Positions 1-10,000 of a stretch of 36,232 nucleotides of DNA are shown one piece after another. Source of the stretch: a virus. Its lineage: Duplodnaviria > Caudoviricetes. A program made the translations under genes and the position numbers. The notes under the pieces were generated by a model. That model worked only from the letters and a program-made list of their open reading frames with translations, ran no database searches and had not been told where the DNA came from. Position 1 is the stretch's first letter, and every line of letters starts with the position of its first letter. The DNA lies in the IMG/VR virus record IMGVR_UViG_3300020310_000005, positions 1-36,232 of that record. One strand, given 5' to 3'.

Positions 1-29
1 TTGACATATACATAGATTTGAATTATAAT
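1..29 (+). promoter_or_regulatory. Consensus sigma70-type (host RNAP/early) promoter
   Basis: TTGACA at 1-6, a 17-bp spacer and TATAAT at 24-29, lying 21 bp before the ATG at 51. Confidence 0.85.
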
Positions 30-50
30 AAATGAAGCGAGCTACACAGT

Positions 51-848
51 ATGGCCAAAGGATTTAAAGTAAAAACGGTTGCACCCAAAACAAAGGCCCC
101 AGAGTGGGACATCGATGCAATCAAAGCAAGATGGAAAGGGAAAGCAATCGTCTTCTGTTTACCAGGCAGAGGTTGCTCTTATATCTTTCTAAAGAATTTT
201 GTACAGTTATGCTTTGACATGGTACAGAATGGAATGAGTATTCAGATCAGTCAAGATTACTCATCAATGGTAAACTTTGCACGTTGTAAGGTACTCGGTG
301 CAAATGTATTACGTGGACCAAAACAGATTCCTTGGGATGGTAAACTTAAGTATGATTATCAACTATGGATTGATAGTGATATTGTCTTTGACACTAACAA
401 GTTCTGGCAGTTGTGTGACATGGCACTTCCTGCAGAGGCTGTTAACGAAGATGGCAGCACAGACCCAGAGAAAGAAAAGCAAATAGCAGCAGGTTGGTAT
501 GCCACAGAGGATGGTCAGACTACATCAGTTGCTCATTGGTTAGAGGAAGATGATTTCCGTAAGAACGGTGGTGTTATGAATCACGAGACCGTCGAAACCA
601 TCTCGAAAAGAAGAAAGCCTTTTACTTGTGACTACACTGGTTTTGGTTGGGTTCTTATTAAGCACGGCGTTTTTGAAGCACTTGAGTATCCTTGGTTTGC
701 TCCAAAGATGCAAATCTTTGAAAGCGGTGATGTACAGGATATGTGCGGTGAAGACGTATCGTTCTGTTTAGATGCACAAGATGCAGACTATGAGATATGG
801 TGCGATCCTCGTATTCGTGTAGGGCACGAAAAAACTCGTGTTATTTAA
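51..848 (+). CDS. GT-A fold (GT2-like) glycosyltransferase-like protein, conserved in T4-like cyanophages
   Basis: 265-aa ORF with 'FARCKVL', a DxD motif 'YQLWIDSDIVF', 'DYTGFGWVLIKHGVFE..YPWF', an acidic 'GEDVSFC' motif and a C-terminal 'IWCDPRIRVGH'. This is the typical motif order of GT-A/GT2-like enzymes. Confidence 0.7.
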   Translation: MAKGFKVKTVAPKTKAPEWDIDAIKARWKGKAIVFCLPGRGCSYIFLKNFVQLCFDMVQNGMSIQISQDYSSMVNFARCKVLGANVLRGPKQIPWDGKLKYDYQLWIDSDIVFDTNKFWQLCDMALPAEAVNEDGSTDPEKEKQIAAGWYATEDGQTTSVAHWLEEDDFRKNGGVMNHETVETISKRRKPFTCDYTGFGWVLIKHGVFEALEYPWFAPKMQIFESGDVQDMCGEDVSFCLDAQDADYEIWCDPRIRVGHEKTRVI

Positions 849-990
849 GATTAACAAACAGTTGAAGACAGAGGAGTTATGGGATCTCGCATCAGAGATC
901 CTCACCGAACTTTCTCGTAGGGATGGGGTCTCATATCGCATCCAAGCAACGGAGGAATCCGTTAAAACCAAACTTGAAACTTTATTATGA
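838..990 (+). CDS. Small hypothetical protein (50 aa), not in ORF track
   Basis: GTG at 838 overlaps the end of the GT gene. It reads MLFKINKQLKTEELWDLASEILTELSRRDGVSYRIQATEESVKTKLETLL*, and its TGA overlaps the next ATG (ATGA at 987-990). Confidence 0.6.
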   Translation: MLFKINKQLKTEELWDLASEILTELSRRDGVSYRIQATEESVKTKLETLL

Positions 991-1082
991 TTCTTCCACT
1001 AGTCACCTATGGTGTTCTTATTACAATCATAGGTATCATTCTAGCAGTGTACTTATTAAACCTTTATAATCCACACAATTAA
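987..1082 (+). CDS. Single-pass membrane micro-protein (31 aa), not in ORF track
   Basis: MILPLVTYGVLITIIGIILAVYLLNLYNPHN*, one uninterrupted hydrophobic stretch, with an ATGA translational-coupling overlap. Confidence 0.55.
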   Translation: MILPLVTYGVLITIIGIILAVYLLNLYNPHN

Positions 1083-1087
1083 ACATT

Positions 1088-1240
1088 ATGCCAGTCAAAA
1101 CTAAAACGGGACAATGGGGTTCTTCAGAATTCGTTGAGACACGTCCTAAAAAGACTCGTCAAGGAACGGGTAAACATACCAGGTATGCAGCGACCTCTCG
1201 TAATGAGGCAAAGAAGAAGTATAGGGGGCAAGGAAAGTGA
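1088..1240 (+). CDS. Small basic protein (50 aa) ending KKKYRGQGK, not in ORF track
   Basis: MPVKTKTGQWGSSEFVETRPKKTRQGTGKHTRYAATSRNEAKKKYRGQGK*. It is K/R-rich, and I recall YRGQG-ending peptides upstream of gp25 in marine T4-like phages. GTGA overlaps the next ORF. Confidence 0.75.
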   Translation: MPVKTKTGQWGSSEFVETRPKKTRQGTGKHTRYAATSRNEAKKKYRGQGK

Positions 1241-1449
1241 TAGGTAGTGATCTTATAGCAGCAGCGAGTCTCGATCTCAATGAGGCATGGAACATGTCAT
1301 GGGGCGAAGGGATTCAATTCATTATAGTTCTTGCATTAGTCTATTGGCTTAAGGTTCAGATCGACACACGGGCGGGTCTCGGTAAGAAAAAACGTCGTGA
1401 ATTGAAGAATATCATCGTCGAAGCAATAAATGAGACAAAAGGTGTCTAA
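1237..1449 (+). CDS. Hypothetical membrane protein (70 aa)
   Basis: GTG start coupled to the upstream stop. A hydrophobic segment GIQFIIVLALVYWL is followed by the basic GKKKRRELK (positive-inside pattern). Confidence 0.6.
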   Translation: MIGSDLIAAASLDLNEAWNMSWGEGIQFIIVLALVYWLKVQIDTRAGLGKKKRRELKNIIVEAINETKGV

Positions 1450-1452
1450 ATA
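1446..1452 (+). promoter_or_regulatory. Possible late promoter core (CTAAATA variant)
   Basis: CTAAATA overlaps the TAA stop at 1447-1449, the same stop-overlap arrangement seen at 22616, 32721 and 35016. Confidence 0.35.
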
Positions 1453-1478
1453 AACACAAGTGATAGTCAATATGTACT

Positions 1479-1513
1479 AGGATATTTGGAATTTAACCCA
1501 GATATCCTTTTTT
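1479..1513 (+). terminator. Rho-independent terminator-like hairpin
   Basis: GGATATTTGG (1480-1489) pairs with CCAGATATCC (1498-1507) as 10 bp including one G-U, with an 8-nt loop, followed by TTTTTT (1508-1513). Confidence 0.6.
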
Positions 1514-1544
1514 GTTACTTAAATTCCACCTTACGGAGGTCAAA

Positions 1545-1715
1545 ATGGCAATTGAACAAACCCAGATGCTACGTGAAATCTCTCACGACGTAAAAACACC
1601 CAAAAAGCGTGATACAGTAGAAAGTTCTAATGATTTTTTCGAACGTTTAGCAGGTGATGATGACCGAAGTTTGAATGAAATTGAATCTTATGAGGTTCTT
1701 TCAGAATATAGATAA
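1545..1715 (+). CDS. Small acidic hypothetical protein (56 aa; start revised from 1512)
   Basis: A strong SD GGAGG at 1535-1539 precedes ATG 1545. It reads MAIEQTQMLREISHDVKTPKKRD...YEVLSEYR. Confidence 0.7.
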   Translation: MAIEQTQMLREISHDVKTPKKRDTVESSNDFFERLAGDDDRSLNEIESYEVLSEYR

Positions 1716-1723
1716 AAAATCGT

Positions 1724-1731
1724 AATAAATA
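1724..1731 (+). promoter_or_regulatory. T4-like late promoter (AATAAATA)
   Basis: Intergenic ATAAATA core about 20 bp upstream of the gp25 ATG. Confidence 0.65.
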
Positions 1732-1752
1732 ACTAATAATTGGTGTTTTTTT

Positions 1753-2154
1753 ATGCCTTTAGAGAGGGTAAAGCAAGGTTATAAGGATCTTTCCATGTCA
1801 TTTAAGAGTAATCCTCTCAATGATGACTTAATTGGTCTGAAGAATGAGAGTGCAATCGCTCGTTCTATAAAAAATCTTGTGTTTATGCGTAAAGGAGAGA
1901 AATTTTTTGATCCAGAATTTGGTTCTGAACTTTCTGCATCATTATTTGAGAATATTGATGATGTAACTGCCCTTACAATGCGTGATGATATTGATTATAT
2001 GATACGAGTGCATGAACCAAGGGTTGATGTGATTAATATTGAAATTATACCAAATTATGACAACAATCAAATGGATGCATTAATAGTATATTCAATAAGA
2101 GGATCAGATACTCCTCCTCAAGAATTAGAATTCGTGTTGCTACCGTCTAGATAA
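1753..2154 (+). CDS. gp25: Baseplate wedge subunit gp25
   Basis: 133 aa with YKDLSMSF, 'AIARSIKNLV..RKGEKFFDPEFGS.L...LFE' and 'HEPRV' (GPW/gp25 family motifs). It sits directly before gp6. Confidence 0.92.
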   Translation: MPLERVKQGYKDLSMSFKSNPLNDDLIGLKNESAIARSIKNLVFMRKGEKFFDPEFGSELSASLFENIDDVTALTMRDDIDYMIRVHEPRVDVINIEIIPNYDNNQMDALIVYSIRGSDTPPQELEFVLLPSR

Positions 2155-4092
2155 ATGCCACTTTTAAATTTCACTGGTCTGGATTTTGAACAGATCAAAA
2201 CTACTCTTAAAGATTACTTAAAGTCAAATTCAGACTTTACGGACTATGACTTTGAGGGTTCTAACTTATCAACAATATTAAATGTTTTAGCATATAATAC
2301 ATATATTACTTCATACAATGCCAATATGGTATCTAATGAAGTTTTTATCGATAGTGCAACATTAAGAGAGAATGTTGTCTCATTAGCAAGGAATATTGGA
2401 TATCTACCACGATCAAAAAAGGCAGCAAAAGCAACAGTTAACTTTTTTTGTGATATTTCATCAGTTTCACCAGCACCACCTACTGTAGTTCTTAAAAAAG
2501 GTTCTGTTGTTGCTACAAGTAAGCAATTTAATGGGCAATCTTTCGTTTTTGGTATTACTGAAGATAAATCTGTTAGTGTTGTTGATGGAATTGCACAATT
2601 TGATGAAGTAGAAGTGTATGAAGGAACTGTGATTGAGCAATCTTTCGTATATTCTTCTAGAAACCGATTTCAAAAGTTTATTTTATCAAATGATGGAATA
2701 GATTTGGAAACACTTAAGGTTTCTGTAAAGCCAAGTCCTCAATCTTCGGTTTCTTTGACATATGCTCGTCAAGATGACCTCTTTGACACAAATTCTGGTT
2801 CAACAATCACTGCAGCATCTCCAATTTACTTTATTCAGGAAGTTGAAGATGAACAATACGAAATAATCTTCGGAGATGGCATTTTTGGTAAAGCATTACA
2901 AGATGGTAATGAAATTAACGTCTCTTATATCAAAACTAAAGGTGAAAATGGCAACGGAATATCAAATTTCTCTTTTAGTGGCAAATTGTGCTATACCCGT
3001 AATGATTCTACCATTAATGTTACTAGTGGGATCTCTTTGGTAACTGCAAATGAGTCTTCATCGGGTGGACAACCAATTGAGAGTACAGAATCAATTAAAA
3101 AGTATGCTCCACAGGTCTATGCGACTCAAAATAGAGCATTAACTGCAAATGACTATGAAATTTTAATTCCAAACAAGATTTATCCCGAAGCAGAGTCAAT
3201 TTCTGTCTATGGTGGTGAAGATTTGGTTCCTCCGCAGTATGGAAAGGTCTTTATCAGCATAAAACCAAGAACTGGTGATTTTGTATCTAATGCTGTTAAG
3301 GAAAATATAAAAAGAGACCTTAAAAAGTACTCTGTAGCAGGAATTGTTCCACAAATTCTTGATTTAAAGTATTTGTTTATTGAAACTAATAGTAATGTCT
3401 ATTATAACGTAAATTTAGCAAGAAATGTTGCAGCAGTCTCTAGTTTAGTAAAATCTAACATTGACAAGTATGCAGATTCTGCAGAATTAAACAAATATGG
3501 TGCAAGATTCAAATATAGTAAATTTTTGAAGATTATTGATCAAAGCCACGAATCAATTTGTTCTAATATTACTACTATTCAAATAAGACGTGATTTGAGA
3601 ATTGCTGCAAATCAATTTGCCGAATATGCAATTGATTTTGGTAATCAGTTTCATATTTCCTCTATGGAAGGATATAATATTAGATCTAGTGGTTTTAAAG
3701 TAATAGATATTGTTGATACCGTATACTTATTTGATGTACCAAATACAGATAAGAAAACAGGGACAATTTCATTATTTACTCTACCAGGAGCAGGAAATGC
3801 TGGACCTGCTCAAGTTGTAAGACGTAATATAGGTCTTATTGACTATGTTAAAGGACGCATCACTTTAAACCCAATAAATATAGTATCAGGTAAATCTAAA
3901 GACAACGTTGAGATTTTGGAAATATCTGCTGTACCAGAATCAAATGACGTTATTGGTTTACAAGACCTTTATTTACAATTAGATCAAAGTAATTGTTATA
4001 TGGTTGTTGATGAAATTACTTCAGGTGCTGATCCATCAGGGTCAACTTATACCGTTACTCCAAGTTATAACACAGGTAAGATTGTAAGATAA
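2155..4092 (+). CDS. gp6: Baseplate wedge subunit gp6
   Basis: 645 aa with 'LDFEQIK..LK.YL....FTDYDFEGSNLS.ILNVLAYNT', 'E.FIDSATLRENVVSLARNIGY.PRS', 'FGDGIFG' and 'QNRALTANDY'. Confidence 0.95.
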   Translation: MPLLNFTGLDFEQIKTTLKDYLKSNSDFTDYDFEGSNLSTILNVLAYNTYITSYNANMVSNEVFIDSATLRENVVSLARNIGYLPRSKKAAKATVNFFCDISSVSPAPPTVVLKKGSVVATSKQFNGQSFVFGITEDKSVSVVDGIAQFDEVEVYEGTVIEQSFVYSSRNRFQKFILSNDGIDLETLKVSVKPSPQSSVSLTYARQDDLFDTNSGSTITAASPIYFIQEVEDEQYEIIFGDGIFGKALQDGNEINVSYIKTKGENGNGISNFSFSGKLCYTRNDSTINVTSGISLVTANESSSGGQPIESTESIKKYAPQVYATQNRALTANDYEILIPNKIYPEAESISVYGGEDLVPPQYGKVFISIKPRTGDFVSNAVKENIKRDLKKYSVAGIVPQILDLKYLFIETNSNVYYNVNLARNVAAVSSLVKSNIDKYADSAELNKYGARFKYSKFLKIIDQSHESICSNITTIQIRRDLRIAANQFAEYAIDFGNQFHISSMEGYNIRSSGFKVIDIVDTVYLFDVPNTDKKTGTISLFTLPGAGNAGPAQVVRRNIGLIDYVKGRITLNPINIVSGKSKDNVEILEISAVPESNDVIGLQDLYLQLDQSNCYMVVDEITSGADPSGSTYTVTPSYNTGKIVR

Positions 4093-4095
4093 CAA

Positions 4096-7000
4096 ATGAC
4101 CCTAAAAAAAGTTCAACTTAATAAAATTGTAAAGAATCAACTGCCCGAATACGTTCGGTCAGATTTTCCTCTTGTTGGGGAATTTTTAAGTGCTTATTAT
4201 AAGGGTCAAGAATATCAAGGTGCTCCAATTGACTTGGTTAATAATATTGATTCTTATATCAAATTGAGCGAATGTGGAAATATTACCAAATCTACAACAT
4301 TAACTACAAGAATTGAAGAAACTGATACTGACATTCTTGTTGGTAATACAGATGGATTCCCTGATAATAATGGATTAATAAAAATTAACGACGAAATTAT
4401 ATCATATGAGAGTAAAACTGATATAAGATTTCTTAATTGTACAAGAGGATTTAGTGGAATTACCTCTTTTGAAAATCCTACTGAACCAGAAGACCTAATT
4501 TTCTCAACTTCCACTGCTGTTCCTCATGATGAAGATGTTGTAGTAGAGAATTTAAGCATTTTATTCCTAGAAGAATTTTTAAGAAAGGCAAAACATCAAT
4601 TATTGTATGGAATTCAAAGGGATTTGGATCCAAAATTGAATCAATCGACCTTTATTAGGCAGTCTAAAGACTTTTATTCGACCAGAGGTACTGACGAATC
4701 CTTCAAAATCCTCTTTGCAGCACTTTTTAACGAAAAGGCTGAGGTCATTAGACCCATGGATCGTGTAGTTTCTCCATCTAATGCCAATTTTAAGAAAACA
4801 AGAGACATTATTGTTGAATCTGTATTAGGTGATCCTATAGATTTGATCAATAAGACTCTTTTTCAAGACTCATTTGAGAATATTTCAAAAGCATATGCTC
4901 CAGTATCGCATGTAGAAAGTATAAATGTTGGAATTAACACTAATATTTTCTATAAAATCAGTCTCGACAACTCTTGGAACCAAAATGACGGTTCGACAGA
5001 GTTGTTGTATGGTGATTTTTCTGCTCATTCCAAGTCAATTATCGTTGGTGACGTTGGAATTGCACAAACCTTCATTGATGTAGACTCAACATTAGGATTT
5101 CCAAACTCTGGAACCCTTTCGTTTGTTTATGCGAACGGAGAAAGTGGTATTGCGACTTATTCTTATAAGACTCTTAACCAATTTTTAGGAATTAATGCAA
5201 CTTCAATTGCATCATCAATCACAGATAAGTCATATATTGATCAAGATACCTTTGCATATTCTGCTGGTGCAGGAACTACTGATGGAATACGAGTAAAAAT
5301 TAGATCAGTATTGAATAATTTACAGATTCCAACTAATACTCGTTATTATAATGAAGGTTCTAAAATAAAAATTAAGTCATTAGGTCATATTGGAAATAAT
5401 TTTAATCAAAATAATTGGATTTTTAACACAATTCAAAATTATGATATAAAAGAATTAAAATTAATTGATCAATTAAACTTTACTTATAGATTAGTAACTA
5501 AAGATCCTAATATTTTTAGAATTGGTGATAATATAAGACTATATGATAAGAATGGTGTATTATTAGATAATCAATATGAAGTAAGAGATGCATATGATTC
5601 AGATACTGTTTTAATTAGAGGTGAAGGTATACCTCAAGATACAACAACTATTGTTAATGCACGTAGAGATTTTTCAAGAGTTGACTCTGATATTCATAGT
5701 GATTTAAATAGACTTATTGCTAATGTCCAAAATGTCTATGTTGGTGGTGATTCTGTTTTAGTTGCTTCAAACTCATTACCTTCCCATGGTAAATTGAAGT
5801 TAAATCCTAGAGACCAAAAGGTAAAAATTTCAGGAAAATATAATAATGAAGCAGAAGAAATTATTTTAACGGTTGGTATTGACCATAACTTCTATACTGG
5901 AGATGCGGTTTATTATACTCCAGAGAAAGGATCAGCTATAATTACTGATTGGAAGGGTGATGAGTTTTATCAAGAATGGATTAAAAGTCAATTATTTGAT
6001 GAAGGACTTTATTTTGTAAAAAGAATAGATGATCATATTGTAAAATTAGCAAAGAGTCTTCCAAATATTTACAATAATATTTTCGTTTCAGTTAATGCTA
6101 GTGGTGGCGATTCTATTGAAATTAATGATAATACTATTGAAAAATATTATTTCCATGAGAAGAAGATACAACCTCAAAAATTATTAAGAAAAATCTCCAA
6201 ACCAGTTCAGGATGGAAAAGTTCATGAGACTCCAATTGGATATACTGGAATCCTTATTGATGGTGTAGAGGTTCTTAATTATAAGTCTAGAGACACTGTA
6301 TATGCAGGCCAATTGGACGCTATAGAGGTCAACAAGGGCGGTCAAAACTATGATGTGATAAATCCACCTCTATTGGGTATTAACGATTCTGTTGGTTCTG
6401 GAGCGACTGGATATGTTGCAGTTGAAGGTTCTTTTCAAGAAATTAGAGTTCTAGATTCTGGTTTTGATTTTATTGATGTTCCTATCGTAAAAATTACTGG
6501 AGGGAATGGAGAAGGAGCAACTGCTGAAGCAAAAATAATTACAGCAGAGCATGAAGTTACTTTTGATGCTACAGGAGTATCTACATCAATTCAGATAGGT
6601 ATTGATACATCTATTATTGGATTTACAACTTACCATAAGTTTAGAACTGGTGAGAGAATTGAATATAAGACATTTGGTAAAAAGGCATTAGCTGGTCTTA
6701 ATACTGGAGCAACATATTATGTTGGTGTAGTTGATAATAAAAATGTTAAATTATATACTTCATTTGATGGTTCAGTTGCTGGTGTTGGCACTACTGGGTT
6801 TAACGATTATGGTGAAGGATATCATTCATTAAAATCATTAAAAGGTAAAGCAGTAGTAGGTACAATTCAAGTTACAAATCCTGGTACTGGATATGAGAAT
6901 AAGCAAAGAACGCTTCAACCAGTTGGTGTTGATACTGCACTGAATATTATACACATTCATGATCATGGTTATAGGGATCAAGAAATTGTTCAATATTCTT

Positions 7001-10000
7001 CAGACGGAAATGTTATAGAGGGTCTTTCCACCTCATTAGATTATTATGTTAAGGTTATTAATAAGGATTCCTTTAAATTAGCAAATGTTGGTGTAGGAAC
7101 TACTGTAAAAGATTTTTATTATAGAACTGAACAATGGTCAAACTTTAGATCTATAGGTGTAGGAACACATAGTTTCAATTATCCACCTATTAGTGTAACA
7201 GTAACAGGATCAGTTGGAATAAGTTCTATAGAAGGTGATACTTTCCAATGTATTGCACAACCAATTGTAAGGGGTCAAATAACTTCAATTCATTTAACTG
7301 AAAATGGTGTAGGGTACGGTGCATCAGAAGTACTTAATTTTGAAAGAAATCCAGATATTACTTTAAATCAGGGAAGAGGTGTTTATTTAAGTCCAGTAGT
7401 TCATAATGGATCTATTGTAGATGTGAGTGTTAGTCTTGGTGGAACTGATTATAATACACCACCTAATATAGTAGTTTCTGGTTTAGGAACTGGAGCAGAA
7501 CTAGTACCAGAAATGAATGCACAGGGTAATATTGTTTCTGTTAAGGTTAATAAGGGTGGAATTGGATATGGTGTATCTACCACAACAGTTAGAGCAGAAG
7601 TAGCAGGAAAGAAAGCATCCTTTAGACCACTAGTACAGCAATGGAGAGTTAATAACTTTAAGAGGAATTTTGCAAACTTACTTAATGATGATATCTTTAT
7701 TGATAGACCAACAAACAGAGCATTTGATTTACAATGTTCTTATGCATATGCTCCTAGAAGTTTAAGAAAGATTCTTTATACTTCTGGTTCTGACGGAGAT
7801 ATATTATATGGTAAGAAAGATTTAACACTAAAAAATAATCAAGAAATAGGTCAGGATAAACATTCTCCTATTATTGGATGGGCATATGACGGTCATCCAA
7901 TTTATGGACCATATGGTTATACAACAAGAACTGGTGGTACAATAACCCAGATGAAATCTGGATATACAGAGAATGCAACAGCAAGAGTAAATAGACCTCC
8001 TACTACAGTATTCCCAGAAGAATTCTTTGTTGAAGATTTTAAATGGTCATATTCTACAGATGATGGTATTCTTGATGAAAATAATGGAAGGTTCTGTGTA
8101 ACTCCAGAATATCCAAATGGTACTTATGCATATTTCTCAACTTTTGAAGCGGATGTAGAAGGTACTGGACCATTTGTAGACTTTAAGAAACCTGCTTTCC
8201 CATATTTAATTGGAGAAAATTTTAATGCTGCACCCGAAAAGTTTAATTATGAAAGATTATCCAACCAGGATGATATAAACTTAAATGATACGGATTGGAT
8301 TAGAAATACCTTCCCATATGCTTTAGATAAGGATAATAGTGGATATGATTATGTTCAAGAATCATATACTTATAGTACTCAAGATTCTATTATTAAATCT
8401 ACTGAAAAGAGTGGTATAGATGCAGTTGGTATTGTTACTGGTGGAACAAAATATCAAGTTGGTGATAAAGTAGTTTTTGAACAAAATACTCCACATAATT
8501 TTTCTGCAGCTGCTAGAGTTTCAAAAGTTGCTGGAGCAGGAATAGCAACAATTAGTATTAATGCTGTTCAATTAGATGATGTTGAATTGTACCCATCAGG
8601 TGCTAAAGGTGAATTTATTGGAATAGCAACAACTAGTCATGGTATTATAAACAATACAGTTTTAACAATTTCTGGACTATCAACAACTTCTTCTAAACTT
8701 GAAGGTTCTTATAATGTTGGTATTACTACAAACCAACTTTCTTTAACGGTTGGAATTGCAACTGAAGCGGTTACTGGTATTGTTACATATCTTTCAGTTA
8801 ATGGAAATTTAACATATCCTGCAATAAAAGAAAATGATCGTTTACGTTTATCTGGTATATTAACTACTGGCAATTTTGGCGATGAGGAAGTTAAGGTATT
8901 AAATGTAGATAGATTAAATTCTAGAATTAGAGTTTTAAGAGATTTAAAAGCACAAACAGGATTATCTCATACTGCAACAACAGTTATAAAAGATATTCCT
9001 AGAAAATTCTATTTCTATACTGGAATAACCACTACTTATAGTCCTAAACTTAATACGGAGTATTATTTCTATCCAGGTGAATCAGTTGGATTAGGAACTG
9101 CTACTCCTATAGGTATTGCTGGCACTGTAGTGGGATCTGGTAGTACTATAACATTTGAAAATCCTGGTGCTGGAATTACTACAATTTTTGTAGAATCGCA
9201 ATCAATTTATCTACCAAATCATAAATTACAAACTGGTGATGAAGTAACATACCATACAAATACTGGAACTTCAATAGGAATTATAACTGCTGCAAATAAT
9301 GTTGCTATTGGTACAGAAATTGCTCTGAATTTATATCCATCATTATATGTCGCTAGAATAGACAGAGATCATATTGGTGTATCGTCAGTTAAGGTTGGAA
9401 TGGGTTCGACTGGAATGTTTGTCGGAGCTGCAACGTCTACTGCTCATACTGGTTTAGTTTACTTTGCTGGTGTAGGAACGGGTGTTTATCATAGTTTTAA
9501 AACCCAGAGTTATACAGATATAATAAAAGGATCTATAGAACAGAATAGGGTAACTGTTGCTACAGCAAGTACTCATGGATTATCACATAACAATACTGTC
9601 GATATTACAGTTAATCCAAGAAATACTGGCATAACAACCGTACAATATAATAAACCAAATAGAAAAGTAGTTACTCGTGGATTAGGATTTACTGCAAGTG
9701 GAGTCACATCTACTACTTCATTAACAGGAACTCCAGATTCTATCAGCATTATAAATCATGGATTAATTACTGGACAGAAAGTAATTCATAAATCTGAAAC
9801 TCCTGCTGGTGGATTAGTTCATGAGAAAGAATATTTTGTTTATGTTATTGATAGAAATAAGATCAAGTTATGTTTAGACAAATACGAATCTCAAAAATCA
9901 ATTCCTACTTTTGTGGGTATTCATACAGCAAATGTTGGAACACTTTGTGAAGTTAACCCAACTTTAAATTTCTATAGAGATTCTAATATAACATTTGATT

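Noticed and set aside
768-971. 67-aa minus-strand ORF
   Set aside because: The region is better explained by the GT gene end and the coupled + strand ORF 838-990.
987-1449. Membrane micro-ORFs as photosynthesis AMGs (Hli, Psb small subunits) or holins
   Set aside because: There is no ExxNGRxAMxG Hli motif or recognisable Psb signature, and no lysin nearby.
1512-1544. TTG start for the 67-aa ORF
   Set aside because: It lies in the terminator U-tract. ATG 1545 has a canonical GGAGG SD.
3873-3880. AATAAATA inside gp6 (also 24049-24056 inside gp8) as internal late promoters for the giant genes
   Set aside because: An all-A/T 7-8-mer is expected many times by chance in this AT-rich window, and the distance to the next ATG (about 160-215 bp) does not match the intergenic sites. 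Possible but unsupported.
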